DNA of 43,680 bases from Nemertoderma westbladi. Taxonomy: Eukaryota > Animalia > Xenacoelomorpha. Both the position numbers and the translations under genes were made by a program. This document shows positions 1 to 12,866 of the stretch, in pieces. The stretch spans positions 1 through 43,680 of the forward strand of contig JAUCBJ010008779.1 in NCBI GenBank assembly GCA_032718475.1, given 5' to 3'. A model generated the notes under the pieces. It did no database searches, was not told the origin of the DNA, and worked only from the letters and a program-made list of their open reading frames with translations. Positions within the stretch are counted from its first letter, which is position 1. Every line of letters begins with the position of its first letter.

Positions 1-2
1 AG

Positions 3-1753
3 TAGGGTTCGACCGGAGCTCCGGCTCCGGCTCCGGCTCCGGCCGGACTTGGCATGTCCGGCTCCGGTCCGGCTCCGGTCAAATTAGGTGCAGGAGCTCC
101 GGCAAAAAGTATTTGTGCTGCACGATGCATAGCTACATGGATAGGCAAGGCAAACATACAGCCAGACACCGGACGTCCGTCTGCGAACTGATTAACGTCT
201 ACTGGCAGACTGTACTGCCGACTGTATTATGGTATGGCCGTAGGCTAAACACTGTAGGCCTATCTGCCTATTGCTGTTGCATTGTCCTGTTGTCTGACTG
301 TCTTTCGCTGTACAGCTGTAGGCCTATGAGTCTGACAGTCTTCCACTTACCCAAGACTACAAGACCTAACTTTAATTGCTACCAGTACTCCAGTAACAGA
401 ATTAGTTCCATTCCAATCCAGTCTGCCAGTTAGCTAGTACAGTAGTACATCGCCAGGCTGTCCAGCTGTCAGGCAGTACCCGAATGACCGTATGCGTATA
501 CAGGTATATATAATATAGGGGTAAATCTTTTCGACCTACGCGTAGGCCTACGCGTAGCTACGCGTAGCTACGCGTAGTTTGTAACTTCCATTCCTGTCAT
601 TTACCGGTAGGGCCAGACTTACTGCCTTTTTAACAACTACGCGTAGGTGTTTTAAAACTACGCGTAGTTATTTTGGAACTACGCGTAGGTATTTTGAAAC
701 TACGCGTAGGTGCTACGCGTAGCTACGCGTAGGTGCTACGCGTAGCAGTCCTGATAACAATGATTTTTCATTTCAGGTCCGGTAGGGTTGAGTTGTTAGG
801 CAAGTATCGGTATATGTCAGGTATCTGATTATCAGACAAATGTAATAACACTAATAACAGAATCGGAAACTCATATCTCTACATACAGCATACTGGTAAT
901 AAATAATATTCGGCTCTTTCACATACAAACACAGAGGATGAATAAAAAGTAAACTTGAAATTCACGTCTCATGATTCAAGTATCTTTGTATCCATTGGAT
1001 TATTTAAATATTGAACAGTAGTAAATAAAGCGACCAGTCTACCGGTGAAGAGGTTAAGCGAAAGCTGATAAATACTGCATATAATCAAATTGTTTGGTCA
1101 AATGACAAGTGCAACCAATCATGGTAGACAATTTAGTCTCCCCCTTCCCTTGTCAAGGGGTTAACATATTAAATACAGTATATCCTTGCCCTATCGTGAA
1201 CAAAGGCAATAAAAAGCATGATAAACGACGTACTGACGTATAGGCATAGTTATGGGTAGCACCAATGCTTAGGTCGCGTAGGACCTACGCGTAGCTACGC
1301 GTAGCACCTACGCGTAGCTACGCGTAGCACCTACGCGTAGTTATTGTTAAAACTCTGAAACTGGTGATATATGACCCAATGTTGCGAACTACGCGTAGCT
1401 ACGCGTAGCTACGCGTAGCTACGCGTAGGCCTACGCGTAGGTCGAAAAGATTTACCCATAATATAGATTATATTATATCAGTAGGCCTATACACTGATAC
1501 AGGTATAGGTCTGTCAGTCTGTAGATCTATGCTATTACTACCGTACTAGATAGATATCCGTTAATTGATTATGTAAAGCAGTAAAGAGACCCCCCCCCCC
1601 CCTGAGCTATCTGCAAAGTTAATTACGGCAAACTCAAGGCAAAATAACAAACAATGTTGCTCCGGTCCGGCTCCGGCCCCGGCTCCGGCACTTTTAGGTT
1701 GCTCCGGTCCGGTACCCGGCTCCGGCAAAAAAAATTGCTCCGGTCGAACCCTA
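3..1753. mobile_element. Non-autonomous hAT-like DNA transposon
   Basis: TIR tagggttcgaccggagc (3) / gctccggtcgaacccta (1753); subterminal (gctccg)n repeats. Right flank is ctgtacag and the two visible left-flank bases 'ag' fit an 8-bp TSD. No coding capacity. Confidence 0.8.
519..1457. mobile_element. MULE/Mutator-like MITE nested in the hAT element
   Basis: TIR gggtaaatcttttcgacctacgcgtagg.. / ..ggtcgaaaagatttaccc; 9-bp TSD ataatatag (510-518, 1458-1466); many copies of the 10-bp palindrome ctacgcgtag in both arms. Confidence 0.8.
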
Positions 1754-3389
1754 CTGTACAGCTGTAGTCAGGTAGTGTCGTTCAAACGTCAGAACGTACT
1801 GACGAACTAATACTGGAAACGGGTGGCGGTATAGTAGTCAGGCAGTACCGTACATCCCCTATTGAAAAGTTTTATTTTCTGCGCCGAACGCGGCGCCGGG
1901 TGCCAAAAATCCTGCGCCGGCTCTTTGTAATGCAAAATGCTGCGCCGGGTGAAAAATCTTCCACCGGCTCTTCAAAGCTGCACCGGGCTGACTGGTATAA
2001 AACATAAAATCTGCCTGTTATACTGTACAGTACCTGTAGTTTATTCGGTTATCTACAATACTGCAGCTGCACTAATCCGAGTTTGTTACTTAAACGAACG
2101 AAAGTTGTGGGTGGGTGAAATGAAAATAAGGATACAGAGACGGCAAACCTTAATAAAGACAAAAATGCAACAAGTACAGTAGGTACGTTGTTTTATTCCA
2201 AAAGTGTAACACATTACGAAACAACTATACTTAAGAAACACTACATGTACATTTTTGTTGTCAAATAAAGTGTACATTATTTTAAATTACTCAAATGTTA
2301 CAATATGAATTATAGAAAGAATATTAAAGACTACTTCAGTAGGCCTAGTCCTTGTATTTATGTACTACGTTCTACTTTATTACATACTACGTAATGTGGT
2401 CCTATACGTCTATGCTACAGATACGGTATGTCTGAACGAATAATGACTAGCTGTATGTTATGTTTTAATATCGCCAGAATAACAATAAAATATTAATTTT
2501 TGCACATGTACGTACACGTAGAGTTGATAAAATTAAATGAACACATATCTGGCAAAGTAAGCTAATAAGCGTATGTACTATTGTAATAAAAATACGGATA
2601 ATGGTATTCAGGTAAAATTAGTAAAATAATTAAAATTATAGTTTATTTACAGTACTTACAGTTGGTGCATGTTAATTATTATAAAAAAAATGAAATTGAA
2701 TTATTGAAAAGTGAAAATTAAATTAAAAACCGGCAAAGCATACTTAGGTTCAAGGGCTTCAACAACATACAGTACTAAAGGCAAACATATTAATAAGGAC
2801 AAGTTTAGAATACTCTATAGGATACAACACAACAATACGAAGTTATACGGAATATAAATTTGGTACCGTACTGCCGTCTTAAGGCAGAATGCCCTATCTC
2901 AAAATTTTTGAAAATTTTTTTATTGTACAGACCGGCCTAATTTAAGGCGCTCTTTCAAATGAAACCAAAAAATGCCATGGTTTATATGCAAGAAATTCAT
3001 TTTTTGCGAGTTTAAAACACCTATGCTTGATCCTCAGCCCTGTCATTTAAAGGCAAAACATCCTACATCTAAAATCTGGTACATATGGTATTTTGCCTTA
3101 GTACTTGTATTCAGTTTACCTTACATCGTAAAGGTAGGGTGTTTTTCCTTAGAAAAACTTATAATAGTGTTATTTCCTATTACGTATGCGTAGATATTGG
3201 CGGGAATTTCAGTTTGTTCGCATTTACATGTGGGCAAAATACCCTAGGAAAGATTTTCTACTTATTACTGACTATAGAATCTCAATTCAATCGAATAGGA
3301 ATATACAAAGCCAATGGAACTGGAAGACACGTTTTACGGCTTCAACTTGGATGAGAATATCGGAGGTGGTGTTTTAGCTCAGGTGGCAG

Positions 3390-3500
3390 ATGTGTGGCTG
3401 TGGAGAGGATATGTGACTGTGTGGGGAGGATATGTGGCTGTGGAGAGGATATGTGACTGTGTGGGGAGGATATGTGACTGTGGGGGAGATATGTGGCTGT
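3390..3500. repeat. Minisatellite, ~19-21-bp unit (gtg(g/a)ctgt(gt)ggrgaggatat)
   Basis: About five tandem imperfect units; accounts for the repetitive ORF 3314-3565. Confidence 0.75.
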
Positions 3501-3849
3501 CGCTGTGTGGTATGTGGTATGTGGCTGAGATATGTCGCATAAGTAAAATATTACTGCTGAAATAAAACGCGCAAAGTAAAGTAACTACAAAAGATAGGAA
3601 AACAATTAAACATAAAAAAACACTATTTTAAAATTTAACACAAAAAAAATGTTTTTTTGGGATTGAAAAGATGAAAATAATAGGTACTGTAGCTAGATTT
3701 TAATAAAGATATCGTTGTATCCGAAAGATATCGCTTTCGCTACTGCCACTTGGCGCACAGGAGTATCACTATATATTCATTTTAAGGGACATTTCGCAGT
3801 CTAGTCTATATTTGAATATGCTCAATCATGGAGTACCAAGGGTATTACG

Positions 3850-4242
3850 TGCATTAACAACACTTTCCGGTAATGGTAAAGGATTCCAAATGTTTACAAC
3901 GCTGTCTCCAAAGTTGTTGCATGTTAGCATTGGTGGAGTTAGGAACGAAACTGGAAGAAATTACTTCGCTCAATTTTGTCAATCCCGTTGATAAACTTGT
4001 ATGTTGTTATAAGGTCGGCTAGTACACGGCGATATATTAATGTCGGTAGTTTGAGTGCAAGTAGTCGGTTTTCATATGACAACTCAGCCAGCGACAGTAC
4101 AACTGTACAAGGCGAGTGACCACACGGTGTTGTACTTGTTCAAGACGTTCAATATTTATCATGTCGGAGGAATGGCGAACAAACAACTGTGTCGTATTCA
4201 AGGAGAGGCCGAACAAGGGATTTGTATAACAGGGTCAGAGGG
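3850..4242 (-). pseudogene. CR1-like LINE ORF2 remnant, C-terminal part
   Basis: Manual minus-strand translation gives LLYKSLVRPLLEY..IERLEQVQHR..LSYENRLLALKLPTLIYRRVLADLITTYKFINGID..VVNIWNPLP, typical CR1-clade post-RT motifs; frameshifted. Confidence 0.85.
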
Positions 4243-6302
4243 CAGTCAGGGAGATCATCAAATTTGAGAATACCTCAAATTTCAAATTATAGACCCAATT
4301 TTGGAATTACCTCAAATTTAATACAATGTTAGGTTAATTCTGTAAATTTGAGTTTTACCCCAAATTTGAATTTCATAGCAGCATAGTCAGATACAGACAG
4401 AAGTCATAGTTGGCCTAGTTCAGTAGTTGTTAGCTTGTTACTGTATTGCAAAGGTAAAAAAATAAACTGATGTAGGCCTAGTGTCTGAGTGTTGTGAAAT
4501 ATAGTATTTAAAACATATTCAGTATTAGTTTAAAAAGGCTTATCAATCGGGAGAAAAAGTAGAAGTCTAGAAAAAGTAGACAGCTTTTGCAAAGTCGGCA
4601 ACACAGCAACCTGCAATAATATTGAATAATATTGCCACATAATAATGTACCATAGAGCCATAATTTTGTATTGATTTTACTTTTTATCCCGGTAAAAAAA
4701 GTAAAATAAAACATTGGCACTTGTGTCAAATAGGGGACCCTCCTAGCTCCTAATCTGCTAATTTTAGTTTTTGCATTTTTATTGCAACTTTTTATTGCAA
4801 TTTTAATTGCAACTTTAGTGCCTGCAAGGTGTACTCCAGAGATGAGATAAAGCCTCGAGAATAGGTTAGTGAAAAAGGTTATACTTTTTGCCCAAGTTAT
4901 AAATGATTCTGGTTCCTCATAAGGTCAATTTAAAAGGATGTATATGTATGTATAGTATGAACAAACAGTCACTTAGATTTCTAAAACAGTTCAGATGTCT
5001 TGATAAGAAAACAGAGTCTAAAGACTGTTTAAAACAATAGCGATTAGTGATTAGTTTCTACTGTGTTGTGTTCCAGGTCCAGCATGTTCCATATGTTAAT
5101 GACCCTGATAAAGAAGAGGTGTTGTATGGAACATGCAGACATGGCAGCATGGGCAGATGGGCGGAGCATGGCCTTTGCTTCAATATATATGTGATTATAG
5201 TAGTATGAGTATGAGTATTAGTATGAGTATATATGATTGCATATCATGATTGCATTGGATGTCTGGCAGGGATATTAAAATAGTCTGCGAGGATGTTGCA
5301 CATTGTTGTAATGGAGCCGGATGATCAGGTTTAGATCTTTACATATAAGTTTAAAGCACATTATCAAATTGAACTTTAATTGATGTATACTGCAGTTAGG
5401 GCTCGATCGGAGCTCCGCCCCGCTCCGGCTCCGGCCATTTTGGCACCTCCGGCTCCTGCTCCGGCTCCGGTAAAAATATTGCCGGAGTTAATTTTTTAAT
5501 AAAGTATTATATTTCGTGCATATTCTAATCTGAACAATTATTTACACTATAAGTACTGTCAGACTGTGTTAGTGTAGTACAGCTTCAATATCCAGCAGTC
5601 CAGCATAATACTGCAGTATTTATTACTTAAAGTCAATGACTGACTGACTGTTGACTGTACTGCAGTACTCGGTACTGGTACTGGCCAGCTGGCTGACTAG
5701 CAGACTATTACAGATAGGCCCTACTGTCTGACTGTAAAAAATTGTAAATGCTATGATTGTACACTGTACCACTGCAGCCATTTACTGCTGTCATGCCAGC
5801 ATACTGTACCTGTGTACTGCAGACTGCAATACTGGCAGACTGGTACACGTACGGTAGGCTACATACAGTACACACCCCTCTACCACAATTAGACAGTTAG
5901 TGAGTTAGGTACTGTAGGTAATTTTTAGCCGTCAGCGTCAGGCCGTCTGTCCGTGATAAATTACTTAGGCCTTACTTAAATTTTAAATTGAAAATTCGTA
6001 AATCTATAAACAGATAAATTACTGAATTATGAAATTAATTAGACCTACAGTATGATTGATTATGGGCGATTGGCGAACGATAACCATACTTTATTTATTT
6101 TTTAAGTATTAATATAGAAGTAGTTTGCTTTTAGCTGACATCCGATAGAAATAAGATAAATAAAACGATATGTTAGCCAGTTTTCACTTTTCATTAATTA
6201 TATTATATAAAAATGGTTTAATTATGTTTATTAGATATTACAAATAAATAAATAATATATATATACAGTAAAAAAGCTCATTTATTATTATTAATATTAA
6301 AA

Positions 6303-6337
6303 TACCGAATGCATTTCGCGTTGGCTCTTCAGCGGTA
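6303..6337 (-). ncRNA. Minimal type I hammerhead ribozyme (mirror copy)
   Basis: Exact reverse complement of 6361-6395. Confidence 0.7.
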
Positions 6338-6360
6338 AAAATATTGTGTCTCAATATTTT

Positions 6361-6395
6361 TACCGCTGAAGAGCCAACGCGAAATGCATTCGGTA
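6361..6395 (+). ncRNA. Minimal type I hammerhead ribozyme
   Basis: taccg-CTGAAGA-gc caac gc-GAAA-tgca-TT-cggta: stem I taccg/cggta, core CUGANGA and GAAA, palindromic stem III ATGCAT, UH cleavage site. Confidence 0.7.
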
Positions 6396-7684
6396 TTTTA
6401 ATATTAATAATAATAAATGAGCTTTTTTACTGTATATATATATTATTTATTTATTTGTAATATCTAATAAACATAATTAAACCATTTTTATATAATATAA
6501 TTAATGAAAACTGGCTAACATATCGTTTTATTTATCTTTATTTTTTAATAAATAATTAAATTTTTGAAAAACTCCGGCTCCTGCTCCGGCTCCGGCCAAA
6601 TTGTCCAACTCCGGCTCCTGCTCCGGCTCCGGCCAAATCCCAACTCCGATCGAGCCCTAACTGCAGTAGGTAGTGGTTCCAACTTTAGAGTCTCCAGTCG
6701 TATAGAATAACTAACAAAAGAATCAAGTCCACATATATTATATAAACCACGTCAACCTTTGCGGCAACATTTGTCTAGAAAGGGGCTCCAAACTGTGGAA
6801 GAATGATGGTACAGTGGTACAGTATTCCAATTGACAGATAGAGCTAGGGCAGGCGAATATTACATAAGTCTTCAGGCTGTCAGGAGAGGAATGGCTTCAT
6901 TTGATTTACAAAGTTTTAAAGAGGACATCAACAACCAGAAAACATATTTTTTCGGAAGGTGTGTGATATGAATGATGAACAGAACAGATGAATGAATGCC
7001 AGAATATGTAAACTTCCAAATTCTGGAATTGATTCAACATCTACAAGATTTGGTAGGCCTTCCTGAGTCTGTGACTGTGCAGCTGTGTGAGCTTGAATCT
7101 AGCAACAGTGAGGATTTGGTCTACTGTTCTTCTTACCAACAGTAAGGCGGTAAGGATAGCGAATTTCTCTAGTCTTCTGCATTTTTCTCACCAATCACTA
7201 ACGGACTAAAGTTATTGACTGTAAGTTGCTGTGCTGTAAGGTTAAGCCTACCCTGCATACATGTCATGTCACAGGTTACACTGGTCACCCATTCTCACCA
7301 AGCTCTATAAGTCTATAAGCACTAAGCAGCAAAGCCTACTGCTACACCCTACTGCTGGCTGGCTGGTGATGTTGTAAAGACTGGCGAAATTTTAGGTTTT
7401 GTCTCAAATTTGAGGTTTAACCTCAAATTTCAATTTTCGCCCCCAATAAAAGCTTGTTTGCATCGGTGAAATATTTTATTGCATCGATAAAAGTTATTAT
7501 TTTACATTATATTTTAACATATTAAAAGTAGAAGTTGCTCCAACAGTTTCCCTAAGTCGCAGCAACACTCGATATTATGAGCCTAAAAATACCTCAAATT
7601 TGAACAAAAAAGCCCAATTTTCGACAGTCTACTACCAGAATTCGAAATTTGGGGTAACCCCAAAATTGATGATCTCCCTGACTG

Positions 7685-7950
7685 GAGGGTAAACATCGGA
7701 GCTTCCAAATATGTAAAAGTTCTTCGTATTAAATGTACGACTCGCATGGCGCGGGCTGCAGTCTTTGTGCAGTGAGTTGTGATGCTGTGAAGGACAAGTC
7801 TGGTGTAAATGTAATTCCAAAATCACGTTCCTCGGTTGCCGATAAAAGTGTCCGTCCATTCATTGTGTAAAAAGTTGCTTGGGGATTTCTAGAACATAGA
7901 TGCATGCATGACCTTGCACTTGGAGTCATTGAACTGTAATTTCCAATGGT
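7685..7950 (-). pseudogene. CR1-like LINE ORF2 remnant, part immediately after the RT domain
   Basis: Minus strand reads WKLQFNDSKCKVMH..RNPQATFYTMNGRTLLSATEERDFGITFTPDLSF..RAMRVVHLIRRTFTYL; joins 3850-4242 across the family A insertion. Confidence 0.85.
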
Positions 7951-9984
7951 TACACATGTGTGTCGGTATTAAATTGTTTCATTATCAATAGTGCCATAGT
8001 ATAAGTCGTTTTGTTTTATTCACTGTTCAACTTCATTCTGTCTGCCTGTTTTATTATATGTGCAGTTTTATTTATACGCTTCTATGACAGCGGTGTCTCC
8101 ATCCAAATAATATAATGTAATATAAATATAGCTTACACAATACAGCAATATTATGTAAATAAATAAACTAACTATGACCAATAGCAATAATGACTGATCA
8201 GCTGATAGCTGGAACTGTGATAGCCTACCTGCCTACTGCATAACAGCATAAGGTTAAATACATAAATAAATGACCGGTTGCAGTCAGCCAGTGCTGCAGT
8301 GTGAGTTTCCTTTCTGCCTCCTTCATGGCCAGTTGTTATTGTGTTGCTGTGCTGTTGGTCTGATGAACGCATGTCTGCTGTCTCAGTCTCACTGTCTGCC
8401 TGGTGCTAGGTTCGGCTGATTTCTGCGCCAGGCAAATATGTACGCCGGGTGTGCTGGGCTGACTCCTGCTCCTGCGCCGGGTCAATATCTGCAGCGTCGA
8501 CGCCGGGAATATTTCGACGCCTGCTGCGCCGAGCGCAGCATCTCTACCATTGCCAGTGCTACGCCGGCGTAGCACATCTCTGCGCCGACCCTTCCGGCTC
8601 ATTGCCCGGCGTAGCACATTTCTGCGCCAGCTCCCGGCGCAAGTTCTAGTGCTGCGCCGAACGTGCTCGGCGTACATGTAAAACTTTTCAATAGGGCGTA
8701 CATCAGTACAACAGTCAGTAGGGAACATACCCTTAAATAAGCTCCAAAAGTGGGTTCTTATTTAAGGAAAATGGCTCTTATTTAGGGGTTTTTGGGCCTT
8801 TTTTGGATATTTTTTCGATATAATATGCAATAACTTGTTTCAGGAAAAAATACCGCATAATTTTATTTCACAATGTAAAAGTTTGGTCTTTCTTGAACAT
8901 AATGCAAAAAACCAGAAAACATTTCACCGTCCGGTTTTTTTCCTACAAGCGTTTTAAAATTGCATCAAAAATACGACCAGTTCCTAAATAAGGGGGATTT
9001 TTTAAATTTACCTTATTTAAGATATAGAAATTGTACACATAAATACTAAAAGTCCCTAAATAATAACTTTTTGACCTGTGGTTCTTATTTAGGAATACCG
9101 GTACAATTGTATTCCAAAATCTGCACACTCCTTAAATAAATTAAATATTCTTTATTCCTGTATTCCATATTCCTTACAGCTGTACAGTAGAAGTACCGGT
9201 AGGTGTTACACTTCTTTCATAATTCTTTGATTTATGTCAGTCTGTATATTGCCATATCTGTATATTGTATGTATAGAATAGCCCAATGATATTCAAAAGA
9301 ATAGCCCATCGCCCATCTGAGCGCACAGACATTGTCACGTATTTCGATATGAGACATGACTCAAGTAACTGGGCATCACCGCACAGTTTCGAAAAATTAA
9401 CTTATGTCCTGCATTTCCTCTTCTGCTCCACGTTACGCCCCACTTAGATGGATTATCCACAATGTTGTACTTGAAAGGCGTGTAAAAACCAATGTCAATA
9501 TCATGTCAATCTGTCAATAGGCACAGAGATGGTTCGGTCGGGCAGCTGATAGACGTTATGAAGGTTAAAGATGATGACTGGATGACGTTTTGGCTCAACT
9601 GGCTCAGGCAGCAGTGGGACACGTTCATGGGACCTTTGCGCAGCATGAAGTGAGCAAAGCCTTAGCTAGCCCTCTAGCTGATAGGGGCCCCACTGACGTG
9701 TTATATTCCGTTAGTCAGAGGTCGTTCAACACAATACTCGTCTCCTTCCTTAATTTGCCTCATTGCGTTCGTTTGTTTTTTACCAAACTTCAGATTATTT
9801 CTAATCTTTTGACAGAGTACATACGTACCAAGTTTCGTTTAATTTCATCAAGGAATGACCGAGTTATTAGCGAAAAAAAATTTACGACGACGTCGACGAC
9901 AGACAACTCGTTAATGGCACCCATATGCTAGGCTTCACTCACTTGAACGTGCCTCTCCCCCACATTCAATCCGGTTCGACGCAG

Positions 9985-12720
9985 TTTGTTGCTCGTTTTT
10001 GCTCATTGCTGCTCGTTGTGCTTTATTATTTCTCGTTGTTGGTCATTGTTGCTAATTGGTTCACGTTGTTCAGTTGTTGCTCATTGTTGCTTGTTGGTGC
10101 TCATTGTTGCTCGTTAGTTGTACTTTATTATTGCTCGTTGTTGCTCATTGTGCTCATTGTTGCTCGTTGTTGTACTTTATTATTGCTCGTTGTTGCTCAT
10201 TGTGCTCGTTGTTGCTCGTTGTTGTACTCTATTATTGCTCGTTGTTGCTCATTGTTGCTTCTTGTTGTACTTTATTATTGCTCATTGTTGCTCGTTGTTG
10301 CTCAATATTACTCGTTGTTGTTCATTGTCGCTCGTTGTTGACTTTATTATTGCTCATTGTTGCTCAATATAGGCCTAACTCGTTGTTGCTCGTTCAATCG
10401 TTGTTCCTCATTGTTGCTCGTTGTTGTACTTTATTATTGCTCATTGTTGCTCGTTGTTGCTCAATATTACTCGTTGTTGTTCATTGTCGCTCGTTGTTGA
10501 CTTTATTATTGCTCATTGTTGCTCAATATAGGCCTAACTCGTTGTTGCTCGTTCAGTCGTTGTTCCTCATTATTGCTCGTTGTTGTTCTTTATTATTGCT
10601 CATTGTTCAGTTGTTGCTCAATAATACTCGTTGTTGCTCATTGTCGCTCGTTGTTGTACTTTATTATTGCTCATTGTTGCTCAATATAACTCGTTGTTGC
10701 TCGTTCACAGTCATTGTTGCTCATTATTGCTCGTTGTTGTACTTTATTATTGCTCATTGTTGCTCAATATTACTCATTGTTGCTCATTGTCGCTCGTTGG
10801 TTGTACTTTATTATTGCTTATTGTTGCTCAATATAACTCATTGTTGCTCGTTCAGTCGTTGTTGTTCTTTATTATTGCTCATTGTTGCTCAGTGTTTATC
10901 ATTGTTGCTCGTTGTTGCTCAATGTTACTCGTTGTTATAATTTATTATTTCTCATTGTTGCTCAATATAACTCGTTGTTGCTCGTTCAGTCGTTGTTGTT
11001 CTTTATTATTGCTCATTGTTGCTCAGTGTTTCTCATTGTTACTTGTTGTTCCTCATGTCCTCGTTGTTGCTCGTTGTTGTACTTTATTATGGCCCGTTGT
11101 TGCTCATTATTACTCATTGTTGATCGTTGTTGTACTTTATTATTGCTCGTTCAGGCGTTGTTGCTCATTATTGCTCATTCAGTTGTTGTTGTTCTTTATT
11201 ATTGCTCATTGTGGGTCCTACTAATTACCCCAACCTACCCCAACCTACCACAACCTACCACAATCTACCACAATCTACCCCAATAATTCGATACAGGCAT
11301 CTAATTACCACAATATTATTTTACAATGGCATCTAATTACCACAATGTACAGAACTCAAGTGTCTATTTACCACATGACTAACTGCGCATCTAATTACCA
11401 CAATATACAGAACGCGAGTATCTAATTACCACAACACTATACTGCGTCTAATTACCACAATATACAGAATGCAAGTATCTATTTACCACAACACTACACT
11501 GCATCTAATTACCACAATATACAGAACTCAAGTGTCTATTTACCACACGACTATACTGCGTCTAATTACCACAAGACTATACTGCGTCTAATTACCACAA
11601 TCTATTTACGAACAAGACTACACTGCACACTGCATCTAATTACCACAATATTATTTTACAATGGCATCTAATTACCACAATATACAGAACTCAAGTGTCT
11701 ATTTACCACAAGACTACACTGCATCTAATTACCACAATATTATTTTACATTGGCATCTAATTACCACAACATACAGAACGCAAGTGTCTATTTACCACAA
11801 GACTACACTGCATCTAATTACCACAATATTATTTTACAATGGCATCTAATTACCACAATATACAGAATGCAAGAGTGTCTAATTACCACAATATACAGTA
11901 CGGTAGTTATTAATATTCAGTTGTGTTGTGGTAATTAGACGCAGTATAGTGTTGTGGTAAATAGACACTTGCGTTCTGTATATTGTGGTAATTAGATGCC
12001 ATTGTAAAATAATATTGTGGTAATTAGATGCAGTGTGTAGTGTAGTCTTGTTCGTAAATAGATTGTGGTAATTAGACGCAGTATAGTCTTGTGGTAATTA
12101 GACACTTGAGTTCTGTATATTGTGGTAATTAGATGCCATTGTAAAATAATATTGTGGTAATTAGATGCAGTGTAGTCTTGTGGTAAATAGACACTTGAGT
12201 TCTGTATATTGTGGTAATTAGATGCCATTGTAAAATAACATTGTGGTAATTAGATGCCTGTATCGAATTGTTGGGGTAGATTGTGGTAGTTTGTGGTAGG
12301 TTGGGGTAATTAGTAGGACCGCTCATTGTTGCTCAGTGCTTCTCATTGTTGCTCGTTGTTATACTTTATTATTGCTCATTGTTGCTCAATGTTACTCGTT
12401 GTTACTCATTGTCATAGTTGCTCATTGTCATTGTTTCTCATTGTTACTCGTTGTTCCTAATATCCTCGTTGTTGCTCGTTGTTGTACTTTATTATTGCTC
12501 ATTGTTGCTCGTTGTTTCTCAATGTTACTCTTTGTTGCTCATGTTGCACGTTCAGTCGTTGTTCCTCATTATTGCTCGTTGTTGTACTTTATTATTGCTT
12601 ATTGTTGCTCAATGTTACTCGTAGTTGCTCGTTGTTACTCATTGTTGCTCGTTGTTTTGTTACTCATTGTTCAGTTGCTGCTCGTTGTTGCTTATTGTTG
12701 GCCATTGTTGCTCGTTGTGC
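9985..12720. repeat. Degenerate satellite built on ttgttgctc(a/g) with a higher-order unit, split by a MITE
   Basis: Arrays at ~9985-11212 and ~12321-12720; source of the many spurious Cys/Leu/Val ORFs. Confidence 0.85.
11213..12320. mobile_element. MULE-like foldback MITE with ctaattaccacaa subterminal arrays
   Basis: Ends (g)ggtcctactaattaccccaacctacc / ggtaggttggggtaattagtaggacc; 9-bp TSD gctcattgt (11204-11212, 12321-12329); repeats flip orientation near 11910. Confidence 0.78.
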
Positions 12721-12866
12721 ATCTTTGCACCTATCAAATTAAGCTCAGAAGCTCCCTTAGGCCTATCTCTGCTGCTCTGTATCTTGCAGTCTTGCAATGT
12801 CCTGTCCAGGTTAGGCAGTTAGGAGGTCGTAACTGTCATAAGCAGATAAGGGCAGAAGGAGGACGG

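Larger units (their letters stand above)
6105..6545. mobile_element. Inverted (hairpin) Penelope-like retroelement pLTR remnant
   Basis: Near-perfect ~190-bp inverted repeat centred near 6349, absent from the other hAT-N1 copies; each arm carries a minimal hammerhead motif. Confidence 0.65.
5397..6659 (+). mobile_element. Non-autonomous hAT-like element (family hAT-N1, copy 1)
   Basis: TIR tagggctcgatcggag / ctccgatcgagcccta; 8-bp TSD actgcagt (5389-5396, 6660-6667); homologous to 28144-28903 and 36434-37228. Confidence 0.88.
4243..7684. mobile_element. CAGT-ended DNA transposon with 5-bp TSD (family A), inserted in the CR1 remnant
   Basis: TIR cagtcagggagatcatcaa / ttgatgatctccctgactg; TSD gaggg (4238-4242, 7685-7689); subterminal ctcaaattt(g) repeats; the CR1 sequence resumes on the other side. 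Confidence 0.85.
1857..8696. mobile_element. Non-autonomous TIR transposon with 8-bp TSD, superfamily unclear, carrying nested insertions
   Basis: TIR ccctattgaaaagtttta / taaaacttttcaataggg; TSD cgtacatc (1849-1856, 8697-8704); (t/g)gcgccg repeats near both ends. Confidence 0.75.

Noticed and set aside
1795-1835. ctgacga..gaaa possible hammerhead
   Set aside because: No convincing stems I-III.
2879-3360. Kolobok-like left end (ttaa-ggcagaatgccc)
   Set aside because: No matching right TIR found in the window, so it cannot be delimited or classified.
11296-12260. Repeat-spacer pattern resembling a CRISPR array
   Set aside because: The spacers are themselves repeated, the array is inverted about its centre within TIRs, the context is eukaryotic and there are no cas genes.
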